Positions 28,312 through 38,235 of a stretch of 40,000 nt of DNA are shown in pieces. Below the pieces are notes generated by a model. The model saw nothing but the letters and a program-made list of their open reading frames with translations, did no database searches and was not told where the DNA came from. Numbering within the stretch: position 1 is the first letter of the stretch; every line of letters begins with the position of its first letter. The stretch is from Lysinibacillus capsici (lineage in GTDB: Bacteria; Bacillota; Bacilli; Bacillales_A; Planococcaceae), in NCBI RefSeq assembly GCF_003367505.1, contig NZ_PXXX01000022.1:17625-57624 (forward strand). The letters are read 5' to 3'. Made by a program: the position numbers and the translations under genes.

Positions 28312-28972
28312 AAGCACTATCGGCATATGGCTCAAAGATCGTAACAACGTCTATAAGCAATTTCCAGTCAATCCAGAAGTAATTAATCGCGAGTCTCCTT
28401 TCGATTTCACTCCTGTAAAAATTGCAAGTCTCGGCGATATTATCATTCCAGGTGAGCGAGGATTGAAGAAGTATTCGTTTAGTTCGTTCTTTCCTCGCGA
28501 CTATAACGCTTCATATTGCGAATACGAGGATTTCATGGAGCCGTGGAAGTGGGTTGAGCAAATTGAAAAATGGCGTGATACACGCCTTAATTTACGTTTA
28601 ATCATTACAGGGACGCCAATTAGCGTTCCTGTATTTATTGAAGCCTTTGATTTAGAGCCAGAGAAGGCTGGAGCACCTGGCGATATTTATTATTCGATAA
28701 CACTTGTTGAACATCGTCCATTTACTGCGAAAGAATTGATTACGGATAGTAAAGGTAAAACAACAGCAACTCCCGTGAAGCAAACGCAAACTGCTGTGGA
28801 GAAAAAGCCTACAACGATAACAGTCGCAAAAGGTGATACATTATGGAAGATTGCGAAATCAAAATACGGTGATGGTGGTAAATGGAGCAAGATATACGAA
28901 GCAAACAAAACTACAATCGGCAAGAATCCAGACGTAATTAAGCCTGGTCAGAAGTTGGTGATCCCTACATGA
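28304..28972 (+). CDS. LysM-domain tail protein (XkdP-like)
   Basis: C-terminal TITVAKGDTLWKIAKSKYGDGGKWSKIYEANKTTIGKNPDVIKPGQKLVIP. Probable TTG start at 28304 behind AAGGAG, overlapping tape measure stop. Confidence 0.9.
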   Translation: MAKSTIGIWLKDRNNVYKQFPVNPEVINRESPFDFTPVKIASLGDIIIPGERGLKKYSFSSFFPRDYNASYCEYEDFMEPWKWVEQIEKWRDTRLNLRLIITGTPISVPVFIEAFDLEPEKAGAPGDIYYSITLVEHRPFTAKELITDSKGKTTATPVKQTQTAVEKKPTTITVAKGDTLWKIAKSKYGDGGKWSKIYEANKTTIGKNPDVIKPGQKLVIPT

Positions 28973-30054
28973 ATTTACGAATACTACTTAACGGTTCTTA
29001 CGACATATCCGAAATGGTCGTTTCTGCCGAGCTATCTGGAGATACTTCGAAATTCAATCGGCAATTAAATGTTAGCGCAATTGTGACGAAAGATGGACGT
29101 ACTCCTTTATTTCGTATAAGCGAAGGTAGTCGTATTTCATTACGTATCGATAATAAGCTGTTATTTGTCGGTGTAGTATTTTCTCACGAAGTCAATAGTG
29201 AGGGAAACGTTACTTTAACAGCTTATGACAGTAATATTTATCTATCAAAATCTACAGACTCTCGTATATTTAAGAACAAGAAAGCGTCCGAAATTATTAC
29301 GACATTAGCAAAGGAGTTTGGAATTAAGACTGGCAAAATTGCCGACACAGGTTACGTTATTCCTTACTTGCGAATGTCGAATAAAACCCTTTTTGATATG
29401 GTTGTAACTGCACTTAGACTAACGCAAGGTCAAACGGGGAAACGGTATTTTATCGGTAACGATGCCGGTAATCTAACACTAACAGAAGGCGCAAAGTCCG
29501 AAAGGAAATACGTGTTTAAGGACAGTACGAACTTGATTAGTGCTTCTTTTTCATCGTCAATCGAGGACACAATTACGCAAGTCAAAGTAATTGGCGGTGA
29601 AAAAGGTAAAGAACGTACAGTTATTGCTAAAAACGAAAAACTACGCCAAAAGTTTGGTGTTATGCAGGCACTCGAAACAATGGACGAGAAAGCTACAGAA
29701 TCACAAATAAAACAACGTGCAGATATGCTCATGAAGCAAAAGGGTGTTATTGACGAGCAGTATCGTGTTGAGGTTTTAGGTATTCCAGAGGTGGATGTCG
29801 GAACACCTGTTTACATTAAAAATGTAATGACGGGCATTTATGGCGCTTTTTATGTAACAACCATTAATCACACTTATGCAGAAAATCATTTAATGTCGTT
29901 AGAATTAAGCCGTACCTACGATTTGCCTGACATTGATATTAATGACGATGATTTGAAACCTGAAACACCAAAGAAGAAAAAGAAAACGTCAAAGAAAGCC
30001 CTTGAAGCTGAGAAGAAAAAGAACGAAGCCATAAAGAAGGAGGAAGGTAAATGA
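28969..30054 (+). CDS. Baseplate hub protein (XkdQ-like)
   Basis: ISLRIDNKLLFVGVVFSHEV..KKASEIITTLAKEFGIKTG; synteny. Confidence 0.85.
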   Translation: MNLRILLNGSYDISEMVVSAELSGDTSKFNRQLNVSAIVTKDGRTPLFRISEGSRISLRIDNKLLFVGVVFSHEVNSEGNVTLTAYDSNIYLSKSTDSRIFKNKKASEIITTLAKEFGIKTGKIADTGYVIPYLRMSNKTLFDMVVTALRLTQGQTGKRYFIGNDAGNLTLTEGAKSERKYVFKDSTNLISASFSSSIEDTITQVKVIGGEKGKERTVIAKNEKLRQKFGVMQALETMDEKATESQIKQRADMLMKQKGVIDEQYRVEVLGIPEVDVGTPVYIKNVMTGIYGAFYVTTINHTYAENHLMSLELSRTYDLPDIDINDDDLKPETPKKKKKTSKKALEAEKKKNEAIKKEEGK

Positions 30055-30437
30055 TGGAAGGAACTGGAGCATCGCGTTTATATCAACTTCTTGGAGGAAA
30101 TTCAAGCCCATCAGGCGTTGATATAAAACGAGCCGTAATTAAATCTTTACCTCCTGAAATCTCCGTTCAAGTTGACGGAGACTCAATCGATACACCAAGT
30201 GAAGGTATTATCGTTGCAGAACATTTACTTGAACATAAACGAACAATTAGCTTTACTGGCGGAACAGTTAGTGGTCAAGTACAAGATACGTACACTGGAG
30301 GCGGAGACTTACGTTCGCTTGAAATCATTGACGGAGAATTAACGTTTAAATGTGACTTAAAAGTAGATGACCCTGTCATTGTAGCAGTAGCAAATGACGG
30401 TCAAATGATATACGTACTAGATAAGGCGGTGGTTTAA
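30051..30437 (+). CDS. XkdR-like protein (DUF2577)
   Basis: 128 aa; position between XkdQ-like and XkdS-like genes. Confidence 0.78.
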   Translation: MMEGTGASRLYQLLGGNSSPSGVDIKRAVIKSLPPEISVQVDGDSIDTPSEGIIVAEHLLEHKRTISFTGGTVSGQVQDTYTGGGDLRSLEIIDGELTFKCDLKVDDPVIVAVANDGQMIYVLDKAVV

Positions 30438-30438
30438 C

Positions 30439-30879
30439 GTGTCATTAACTCCTATAGAATACGAAATTTTAGCGGAAGAAGAAGATGAACTCGACTTAGA
30501 CACCCATACATTGCCCGTTATAGAAGCGTCCAGCACTTGGCGAATGGACTTAGAAAACGGACGATTACGTACCTTTATCAATGATGAAGATGCTATCCGT
30601 CAATATATCCGAAAAGCCCTTATGACGGCACGTAATCGGTACTTAATTTACGACGATACGTATGGAGAAGAACTGCGCGACCTTATCGGTCAGAACTTAA
30701 CACAAGACCTCATGAACGTTGAAATACCCCGAGTAGTTCGTGAAGCAATCGAAGGTGATGATCGTATTGAGGAAGTTTCTGACGTAACTGTTAAGCAATA
30801 TAATTCCGATGGAATTTTAATCGAAGTCACAGTAATCACTGTAGCAGGAATATTTATAACAGAGGAGGTGACCGTTTAA
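30439..30879 (+). CDS. Baseplate wedge-like protein (XkdS, DUF2634)
   Basis: RMDLENGRLRTFINDEDAIRQYIRKALMTARNRYLIYDDTYGEEL. Confidence 0.87.
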   Translation: MSLTPIEYEILAEEEDELDLDTHTLPVIEASSTWRMDLENGRLRTFINDEDAIRQYIRKALMTARNRYLIYDDTYGEELRDLIGQNLTQDLMNVEIPRVVREAIEGDDRIEEVSDVTVKQYNSDGILIEVTVITVAGIFITEEVTV

Positions 30880-31949
30880 TGGCAATCACGCCACGATTTA
30901 ATGACCAAACAGAAGCGAATATCTTATCTCGTATGCTTGACTCAATTCCTCCAGAAGTTGATAAACGACAAGGGTCGATAGCCTATGATTTATCCGATCC
31001 AGCAGCACAGGAGTTTGCGCAGGCATATATAGCATTAGACAGAACATTGAGTTACGCATTTTTAAACGAAGATATGCCGTCTGATTTATTGACGTTAGGA
31101 GCATCAGACTTCGGTGTTGACCGTAAGCCTTCTGTTATTGCAAAGGGGGAAGTAACGTTTACTGGACCACAGGGTCAATATATACCTAAAGGGACACAAG
31201 TACGTACAGACGACGGTGTTTATTTTGTAACCATAAATGACGTTACTTTGACTTCTGAATCTGCGAAAGAATCTGTTGAAGCTGTACTTGGAGGAGTTAG
31301 TGGGAATGTCGGTATTGGTGAAATTAATACAATTGTCGGCGATCTTGCAGGCGTACTTACAGTTACAAATGAATTGGCGTTTAATAACGGAATAGATGAA
31401 GAAACTGACGAATCATTACTACAACGTGTTTACGATAAAGTCCGAAAGCCTGCAACAAGTGGTAATATCCATCATTACGAACAATGGGCACGGGAGGTAG
31501 CTGGTGTTGGTGCTGTACGAGTGTATCCGACTTGGAATGGTCCAAACACAGTAAAAGTCGTTTTGCTTGGTGATGATAAACGTACACCTTCACAAACAAT
31601 AATTAACGAAGCTACCAAACATATTGAAGATGAACGTCCAGTAGGTGCTAGTGTTACGGTAGTAGGAGCAACGGAAGTATTGATTGATATTACCGCAGAT
31701 TTGACGCTATCGCCAGATGCAACTATTAGTGAAGTACAGACAGCCATTGAAACAGCATTACATGAATACCTGGAGCCTTTAGCGTTTAAAGATCCTACAG
31801 TTAGGTATAACCGTATCGCTGCCATCATTTTAGACATTCCGACTATTGTTGACTATGAAAATCTTACAGTGAATGGCGGTACAGCAAATATCGAGATTAC
31901 AGACGAACAAGTTGCGGTTTTAGGGACGGTGAATATCAATGCCTTATAA
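30879..31949 (+). CDS. Baseplate J-like protein (XkdT-like)
   Basis: GSIAYDLSDPAAQEFAQAYIALDRTLSYAF; GIDEETDESLLQRVYDKVRKPATSGNIHHYEQWAREVAGVGAVRVYP. Confidence 0.94.
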   Translation: MAITPRFNDQTEANILSRMLDSIPPEVDKRQGSIAYDLSDPAAQEFAQAYIALDRTLSYAFLNEDMPSDLLTLGASDFGVDRKPSVIAKGEVTFTGPQGQYIPKGTQVRTDDGVYFVTINDVTLTSESAKESVEAVLGGVSGNVGIGEINTIVGDLAGVLTVTNELAFNNGIDEETDESLLQRVYDKVRKPATSGNIHHYEQWAREVAGVGAVRVYPTWNGPNTVKVVLLGDDKRTPSQTIINEATKHIEDERPVGASVTVVGATEVLIDITADLTLSPDATISEVQTAIETALHEYLEPLAFKDPTVRYNRIAAIILDIPTIVDYENLTVNGGTANIEITDEQVAVLGTVNINAL

Positions 31950-32586
31950 TCGTAAGCTGATTGATTATGTACCTCCTTATTACGATGAATTGCTCGAATC
32001 AAGCGAGTTATTATCCGCAGAAGATGCAGAGTTTGCACGCCTTAACAGCAGTATTGACGAGTTACTTTTACAGTTTAATGTTAGTACAACAACGTGGGGA
32101 CTACGAGAGTGGGAGCGTATTTTAGCGATTACACCAAAGCTGAATAGCACAGTCGAAACAAGACGCTCACGTATCTTGGCAAAATTGCGAGGTGTTGCAC
32201 CAGCAACAGTTGCAAATATGTTATCCATCATTAACGCTCACGTTCCGAATAAAGACGCCACATTAACGGAATTACCTGAGCCTGGAGTTGTTGTAGTTAA
32301 TATTCCCTTACAAAACGGTATTACTTTAACTGAATTAAATACTGACATTGCAACATATAAGCCAGCACATTTACAATTCGATATTACTGGCACAATCGAG
32401 GACTTAATCACACTAAGAGGTTCAGAGTACACATTCGATGTACCCTATCTTATTTGTGGAGAGTTTACAACGGACGATGCAAATGGCGTAGGCATGGGAC
32501 TTTCTATAAATGGGCAATCACAAGAATATGACTTTAATGTGTCGTATTTAATATGTGGCGAGTTTGAAGCACAGGAGGTGTACTGA
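31939..32586 (+). CDS. Baseplate protein, XkdU/YmfQ-like (DUF2313)
   Basis: LIDYVPPYYDELLESSELLSAEDAEFARLNSSIDELLLQFNVSTTTWGLREWERILAI. Confidence 0.87.
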   Translation: MPYNRKLIDYVPPYYDELLESSELLSAEDAEFARLNSSIDELLLQFNVSTTTWGLREWERILAITPKLNSTVETRRSRILAKLRGVAPATVANMLSIINAHVPNKDATLTELPEPGVVVVNIPLQNGITLTELNTDIATYKPAHLQFDITGTIEDLITLRGSEYTFDVPYLICGEFTTDDANGVGMGLSINGQSQEYDFNVSYLICGEFEAQEVY

Positions 32587-32888
32587 TGGCAATACAGGCG
32601 TTATATAGAAGTGCAATATTAGAGGCAATAAAAAAATTAGGTGCAAAAGCAATCGTAACAATTGGTGGCGTATCTAAAGAATACCCACTTTTAAATACAT
32701 TACAGACGGATGATACTATTAAACATTTCGTTTACTTAGAGAATGAAGTAGGCTCAATTACTTCTGCAAAACTGGTAGATTCGATGGGCCGCGAACTTCA
32801 AACTTACAACACAGTCATTGAAAAGGGACAAGACGGCTTAGTAATAGTCTTTGCAATTAAATTAGAGATCAAGGAGGGCACGCAATGA
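32586..32888 (+). CDS. Hypothetical tail-associated protein
   Basis: 100 aa ORF, GCACAGGAGGTG RBS, overlapping neighbours. Confidence 0.7.
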   Translation: MAIQALYRSAILEAIKKLGAKAIVTIGGVSKEYPLLNTLQTDDTIKHFVYLENEVGSITSAKLVDSMGRELQTYNTVIEKGQDGLVIVFAIKLEIKEGTQ

Positions 32889-33463
32889 CAGTCTTAGGAC
32901 GTAAAGCAAATCCTTACAATAAAACGGTATGGTATGACCAAATTAAAGACGTAACAACAGGTCAAATCATACAAGAGGGGACTCGTTTTAATCAAAAGCG
33001 AGCTAACAACATCGAGGATGGTATTTATGATGCTTATGAGTATATCATTCAATTGGAATCTACTGTAAAACGATTACAGGCTCAACTAGACATTGATGGT
33101 CGCGCTCCAGGTAACGGAGGTAGTTTTTTTGATGCCTTTGACGGAACACCTAGCCGCATGGTGTTAGATAAAGCCTTAACAGACATTATCGAGACTGTAG
33201 AGATAGGCACAACTACTTTAAAAGTAGCTAGTGTAGAAGGCTTCACAGCTTTTACACAGGTCACTATTTTTGATGATGTCGCAACAGAAGATGTAGTGAT
33301 TACAGAGGTAGGAACAAACACAATCAAAGTACAAGCATTAAAAAATGCGTACAAAAAAGGTGCTAAATTAGCGCGCAGTAACGTGGACATTGACTATATC
33401 AATGCTGAAATGGGTGTCGGTGATTGGCAGACATTTAACGTTGAGTTAGTGGAGGTGGTATAA
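32885..33463 (+). CDS. Hypothetical baseplate/fibre-associated protein
   Basis: 192 aa; NPYNKTVWYDQIKDVTTGQIIQEGTRFNQKRANNIEDGIYDAYE. Confidence 0.75.
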   Translation: MTVLGRKANPYNKTVWYDQIKDVTTGQIIQEGTRFNQKRANNIEDGIYDAYEYIIQLESTVKRLQAQLDIDGRAPGNGGSFFDAFDGTPSRMVLDKALTDIIETVEIGTTTLKVASVEGFTAFTQVTIFDDVATEDVVITEVGTNTIKVQALKNAYKKGAKLARSNVDIDYINAEMGVGDWQTFNVELVEVV

Positions 33464-33465
33464 GA

Positions 33466-35946
33466 ATGGCAAAGTATTTTTATGATAAATATACAACTGT
33501 AGCTACTCAGGTTAAGGCAGACAATGCTCCTTGGCTTAATCATGGTAGTTCGGGATATAACGGAGAATATAGACAAGATTTTAGCATGCTCTATTTAAGT
33601 TATACATTCAATCCTGCCACCAACACATATATCGCAGGTCCTAAGTGGAATCCCAATAGTCCAGTAGAAGTTGGTTCAGTTGGTTATGCTATAACTTACG
33701 ATTCTTCGCAAGGTAGCGCAGTTCAATGGAACCGACTAATGAAATATACAGCATTAGAGGCGAGAAGTGCTGCAGTGGGTACTCTGATATGGGTTGAAAT
33801 GCAGGAGAGGAAAGCAAGTGAAAATACATCTGTAACAGACTATTCTCGGGGATCACTAGTGCAATCTGGTATTCTCGCAGAGGATGGAACGTATCCAGTA
33901 AATGGGCAACATACAGATGGATATTGGTATGTACGAGGTGCAATAAATACACCGCCAACAATGCCAGGGTCATTTACACAACCATCGGGGAATCTCGAAA
34001 TAGGTGATTCTAAAGTATTTTCAGTTGGAGCTGCTTCAGACGCGGAAGGCAATTTGTCCAAGTACATTTGGGAAGCATCTTTAAATGGTGGTGCTTACTC
34101 AAAAGTTGGAGAAACTACAACAAACAATCTAACTTACACAATACCTACAGCTACGAGCCTAAAAATGCGTGTTAAAGCTGTTGATTCAGCAGGGCTCGAA
34201 AGTGCATATCGTGAGAGTGGTTTGTATACTGTACAACCACCACAATATTACTATGATAAATATAACGTTGACGCTAAAAGGACTTATCAAGACACCGCGC
34301 CATGGGAGTATGTGTATGACGATAGTGTGACACCATCACTCGCGAGAAAAGCATTCGGGTTTAATCCGGCAACAAACAAATATTACCTAGGAGAGTTATG
34401 GGGGGAAAATGTCTCTATTACCGACCAAGCATTAATATATAACTATGCGTTTGATGGTTCTTACGTCACTCGTTATCAATTACCTACTTTTAGCGGCACG
34501 GGTAGTTCTAGTCACACTTACACAGGTGCAAAAGTATTTTTTAAGTACGCTAGTAAAAACACGTACACTACACAAGACGTACGCGGTTCATTAGTGCAAA
34601 CGGGAGTTATTGGAAGTGCTACAGCATACCCAGCAGATGGACGTCACACAGACGGTTTTTGGTATGTACGTAAATCACGTGTTAATCTATCCATTGCTTC
34701 ACCAACACCCTTTACATCACCAATACAAGGCAAAAAATTTAAACCGAGTGAGGTTGCTACAATTACTTTCGGAGCTTCTAACGCTGCTAATCTATCACTT
34801 TACGAAGTAGATTACAGATACAACACTACAGGTGCATGGACGCCATTACCATATAACAATACACTTTCTCGTAGTTTAACAATCACTACAGATAAGACAC
34901 TAAAAACGCTTGAATTAAGAGTGCGTGCTAAAGATACAAGTAATGTGTATTCGGATTACGTGTATTCAGAACCGTTTGAAATAGATCACAATGTGGCACC
35001 AACAGTTTCATTAACCGGACCTGGCGATAATACAACTCTATACGAAAATGATTCATATAACATTGCCGGTACTGCATATGACGACGATAAAGACCAATCC
35101 GTCACAGTATATTATCAAATCAACAATGAGCCACGTAAAGTATTAGCAACAAATCTAAGTCAGACGCAAATTTCTTTATTAAAGCAACTTACTTTTAAAG
35201 CAGGAAAATTATTTGATGGCGATACAGCACTTACTGGAACACTTGCCGAAGGTGTAGCACACACTTTAAAGGTATGGGCAGTAGATAGCGAGAATAGTCA
35301 ATCGACTACAGTAGAGCGAACATTCTATGTAGTACCTAACCGAGCACCAATTCTAACAGTCAATCCACCTAAACCATCTGGCATTATTAACTCTGATTCT
35401 TTTGAAATAAACGGTTCATATGAGGATCAAGATCAGAATGAAACAACGGTAAGTTACCGTATTAACGGCGCAAATCCAGTACAGATTACAAAAGGTACTA
35501 GCGGAGTCTTTGACTTTAATGTGTCTTTAGGAAGTCTACAAATTGGCGATAATGCAGTAACCGTTGAAGCAATCGATAGTTACGGAGCAAAGACGACACA
35601 CTCCGTAAAATTACGCAAAAATGAGGTAGCTATACCTGTCAATAAATCGACAGCTCGCTACAAAATTACACCGCCTACTGGTACTGCTTCGGAAATCCTT
35701 GTCTGGATACAACATGACGTTGAATTGACGCTTAAAGCATCGGTAAGCATGACGTTAGCCGGAGAACAGGAGTCATTTACACCTATGACTTTGACTAATA
35801 CAGCAAGTCTACCAAATGGTCAGGTTGAAGATGAGTTTTACCTAGCTGCTAATGAGGCGAAAGATTCGATTGTACTACAACTTCAACTTGAAAAATCGAA
35901 TTCTAACGCAAGCAACGCAATTACATTAATCATGGGGGTGCTTTAA
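33466..35946 (+). CDS. Tail fibre/receptor-binding-like protein with duplicated N-terminal module and Ig/FnIII-like segments
   Basis: 826 aa; two modules sharing DKY...FNPATNxY...RGSLVQxG...YPxxGxHTDGxWYVR, followed by Ig/cadherin-like repeats. Confidence 0.8.
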   Translation: MAKYFYDKYTTVATQVKADNAPWLNHGSSGYNGEYRQDFSMLYLSYTFNPATNTYIAGPKWNPNSPVEVGSVGYAITYDSSQGSAVQWNRLMKYTALEARSAAVGTLIWVEMQERKASENTSVTDYSRGSLVQSGILAEDGTYPVNGQHTDGYWYVRGAINTPPTMPGSFTQPSGNLEIGDSKVFSVGAASDAEGNLSKYIWEASLNGGAYSKVGETTTNNLTYTIPTATSLKMRVKAVDSAGLESAYRESGLYTVQPPQYYYDKYNVDAKRTYQDTAPWEYVYDDSVTPSLARKAFGFNPATNKYYLGELWGENVSITDQALIYNYAFDGSYVTRYQLPTFSGTGSSSHTYTGAKVFFKYASKNTYTTQDVRGSLVQTGVIGSATAYPADGRHTDGFWYVRKSRVNLSIASPTPFTSPIQGKKFKPSEVATITFGASNAANLSLYEVDYRYNTTGAWTPLPYNNTLSRSLTITTDKTLKTLELRVRAKDTSNVYSDYVYSEPFEIDHNVAPTVSLTGPGDNTTLYENDSYNIAGTAYDDDKDQSVTVYYQINNEPRKVLATNLSQTQISLLKQLTFKAGKLFDGDTALTGTLAEGVAHTLKVWAVDSENSQSTTVERTFYVVPNRAPILTVNPPKPSGIINSDSFEINGSYEDQDQNETTVSYRINGANPVQITKGTSGVFDFNVSLGSLQIGDNAVTVEAIDSYGAKTTHSVKLRKNEVAIPVNKSTARYKITPPTGTASEILVWIQHDVELTLKASVSMTLAGEQESFTPMTLTNTASLPNGQVEDEFYLAANEAKDSIVLQLQLEKSNSNASNAITLIMGVL

Positions 35947-36164
35947 TGGCGATTGAACGCAGACCACGACTACCAGACGGTACACTAGGCGCAGTAGAAA
36001 AGCTAGGGCAAGGCGAAACAGCTAGTGAAAGGGTTGAGCGCTTAGAGGCGGAAAATGCGTCTCTAACGCTTGCTCTTATTGAAAAAGATGTCCGTATAGA
36101 TACTATTGAAGCGATCCAAGCAGAAATTATACTACAACTATTAGGAGGCGTACCGAATGAATGA
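35946..36164 (+). CDS. Small tail protein (XkdW-position)
   Basis: 72 aa with coiled-coil segment; synteny. Confidence 0.6.
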   Translation: MAIERRPRLPDGTLGAVEKLGQGETASERVERLEAENASLTLALIEKDVRIDTIEAIQAEIILQLLGGVPNE

Positions 36165-36303
36165 CGTATACTACAACGCAGCTAAAGCGTACTATCCACG
36201 ATTTTATACGAAAGATAACGTGAAGTTATTCGTTGTTGCTGGCAAGATTACGGAGGAACAGTATAAAGAGATCACAGGCGATAAGTATACGCCTTTAAAA
36301 TAA
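36157..36303 (+). CDS. XkdX-like protein (48 aa)
   Basis: MNDVYYNAAKAYYPRFYTKDNVKLFVVAGKITEEQYKEITGDKYTPLK; below the ORF track length cutoff. Confidence 0.8.
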   Translation: MNDVYYNAAKAYYPRFYTKDNVKLFVVAGKITEEQYKEITGDKYTPLK

Positions 36304-36364
36304 TCAGAAGGCGCCTTCCGTATCCTATGCGGAGGGCTTTTATAATGAAGAAAGTAGGTGCTAT

Positions 36365-36652
36365 ATGAGTATTGAACTGTCCTTGTTTTTTGGCGCTACA
36401 GGTGCCTTTCTAGGTATTGTCGGGGTAATTGTTGCGATGAAAAAAGATAGTAAAAATCAAGGAGCAACGGAAGCAAGCATCTCGTCTAAGGTTGATTATA
36501 TAGTGCGAGGTGTAGACGACATAAAACTTGATTTTAAAGATCAAGCAAGAAAAATAGAGGCTCATAATGATCGTTTAATCCGTGTAGAAGAATCAAGTAA
36601 ACAAGCACACAAAAGACTGGATAAGATCGAGGGGAAAGCGAATGAAAATTAA
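36365..36652 (+). CDS. Small membrane protein, hemolysin XhlA-like/holin-associated
   Basis: N-terminal TM and coiled coil; precedes holin and lysin. Confidence 0.55.
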   Translation: MSIELSLFFGATGAFLGIVGVIVAMKKDSKNQGATEASISSKVDYIVRGVDDIKLDFKDQARKIEAHNDRLIRVEESSKQAHKRLDKIEGKANEN

Positions 36653-36902
36653 CTGGAAAGTACGACTTCAACATAAACAATTTTGGGTATCATTAATTGC
36701 ATTACTACTTGTGCTTGCGAATCAAATCGCAGGCATTTTTAATGTCGATATTACAATTTACAATGACCAATTTACAGCTATTTCAGAGACGATTCTAAGC
36801 ATTTTAGGATTACTTGGTATTATTATTGACCCAACCACAAAAGGGGCGTCAGACAGTCTAAAAGCGATGTATTATGACAAACCAAAGGATGATGCAAAAT
36901 GA
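36642..36902 (+). CDS. Phage holin
   Basis: INWKVRLQHKQFWVSLIALLLVLANQIAGIFNVDI...GLLGIIIDPTTKGASDSLKAMYYDKP, typical of phi LC3-type holin. Confidence 0.9.
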   Translation: MKINWKVRLQHKQFWVSLIALLLVLANQIAGIFNVDITIYNDQFTAISETILSILGLLGIIIDPTTKGASDSLKAMYYDKPKDDAK

Positions 36903-37567
36903 CGAGCATTACTACTACATGCCGTGATATTTTGGAGTTATTACCTGCTGCACAAACTGCCTGTCGATTGTTGTTTCAGGAGTGTTTTAAAGCAGGTATT
37001 AAGAACATTTTTATTACTGAAACATATCGCTCACAGGAACGACAAAAGTACCTCTATGAACAAGGTAGAACGCGTCCTGGTAATATCGTTACTTGGACAT
37101 TAAACAGTAATCATAATTCACGTCTAGCATGGGATATTGCTGTTGGCCCTCCAAAGTCTTTATATGATGTAACAACATTAAATCGAGTGGGTGCAATTGC
37201 ACGAAAGCTGGGTATTACATGGGGTGGTGTTTGGTCAGCCCAAATTGACCGTCCTCACTTTGAAGTTAAACCGAATTGGATTATGCCAAAGGGATACAAA
37301 ATAGAAGGACAAGTGATCATTCCAACAACAAGTAAATATCCAGTGCAATTAATTGTGGAAAGCAATACAGCTAAACCAATAACAAAGGATGATGACGTTA
37401 TGAAATTTACTAATGAAACACTTAAATCTGCAGTTCGGGATTACCTCAAACAAGCAGTAGACAAAAAACTTATTGATAAATCACATCTTGAAAAATTTGA
37501 TGCTGGTACATTAACCGATGGTGATTTTAAAGGTTTAGAAATTATCATTGCACAACGTAGTAATTAA
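36899..37567 (+). CDS. Endolysin, M15-family L,D/D,D-peptidase
   Basis: ITETYRSQERQKYLYEQGRTRPG...SNHNSRLAWDIAVGPP...ITWGGVWSAQIDRPHFEVKPNW. Confidence 0.9.
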   Translation: MTSITTTCRDILELLPAAQTACRLLFQECFKAGIKNIFITETYRSQERQKYLYEQGRTRPGNIVTWTLNSNHNSRLAWDIAVGPPKSLYDVTTLNRVGAIARKLGITWGGVWSAQIDRPHFEVKPNWIMPKGYKIEGQVIIPTTSKYPVQLIVESNTAKPITKDDDVMKFTNETLKSAVRDYLKQAVDKKLIDKSHLEKFDAGTLTDGDFKGLEIIIAQRSN

Positions 37568-37572
37568 AAGGT

Positions 37573-37613
37573 AAAGACCAAGATAGCTGAATTGCTTTCT
37601 TGGTCTTTATTTA
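37573..37613 (+). terminator. Rho-independent terminator after lysin
   Basis: Perfect 11-bp stem AAAGACCAAGA ... TCTTGGTCTTT then ATTTATTTT. Confidence 0.85.
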
Positions 37614-37639
37614 TTTTGATTCTTCTTTATTATTTTCAA

Positions 37640-38110
37640 TTATTGAGCTTTTTTATCAAAGAATAAATTTAAATCTGTTTTGTCAGTATCTTCAGCTAAA
37701 GCTGCGTGTATATATTGGTTTAATTCCTTTATTTTGGTTTTTTCAAAAAATGGCACACTTATGTAATATGGTGTTCCTGATTTCTCTATGTTTAATATCG
37801 TTTGAATGCCACTACCAGCAATTCCGACACCAATAATTAGCCAAATTAAACCACCGAAAAAGCTTTCGCCTATAGATGAAAGTCCAAGTAAAGCAAAAAA
37901 TAATCCAATAATTATTGCTTTGAGATTATATTTTGAAGATAACATTGATCCAGAAATATTCTTCAGAGGTATACTTTGTTCATCTTTACCCGCTGGAATA
38001 AATCCTAGAATTGTGTTTGATAAATTGGTTTTTACAAATCTGTTATCAACTTCTACGGCTCCTTTCACCCAAAAAAATAATAGACTGGTTGAAAAACTTA
38101 TTTTCTTCAT
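37640..38110 (-). CDS. Membrane protein of unknown function, possible lysogenic cargo
   Basis: 156 aa with two TM segments (AIIIGLFFALLGLSSIG, GGLIWLIIGVGIAGSG), opposite strand to the lysis genes. Confidence 0.7.
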   Translation of the reverse strand: MKKISFSTSLLFFWVKGAVEVDNRFVKTNLSNTILGFIPAGKDEQSIPLKNISGSMLSSKYNLKAIIIGLFFALLGLSSIGESFFGGLIWLIIGVGIAGSGIQTILNIEKSGTPYYISVPFFEKTKIKELNQYIHAALAEDTDKTDLNLFFDKKAQ

Positions 38111-38235
38111 GTTATAATTTCCCCTTTTATGTATTAATTTGTGTGGCTAAATATGACTATACCAAATTACCCAAAACATGTCAGTAAAATTTTTTATAAA
38201 AACAGACCAATGTGATTAGTTATTTTATTAACTAA

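Noticed and set aside
34610-34810. 66-aa ORF inside the fibre gene
   Set aside because: Alternative frame of a repetitive S/T/P-rich region; no independent support.
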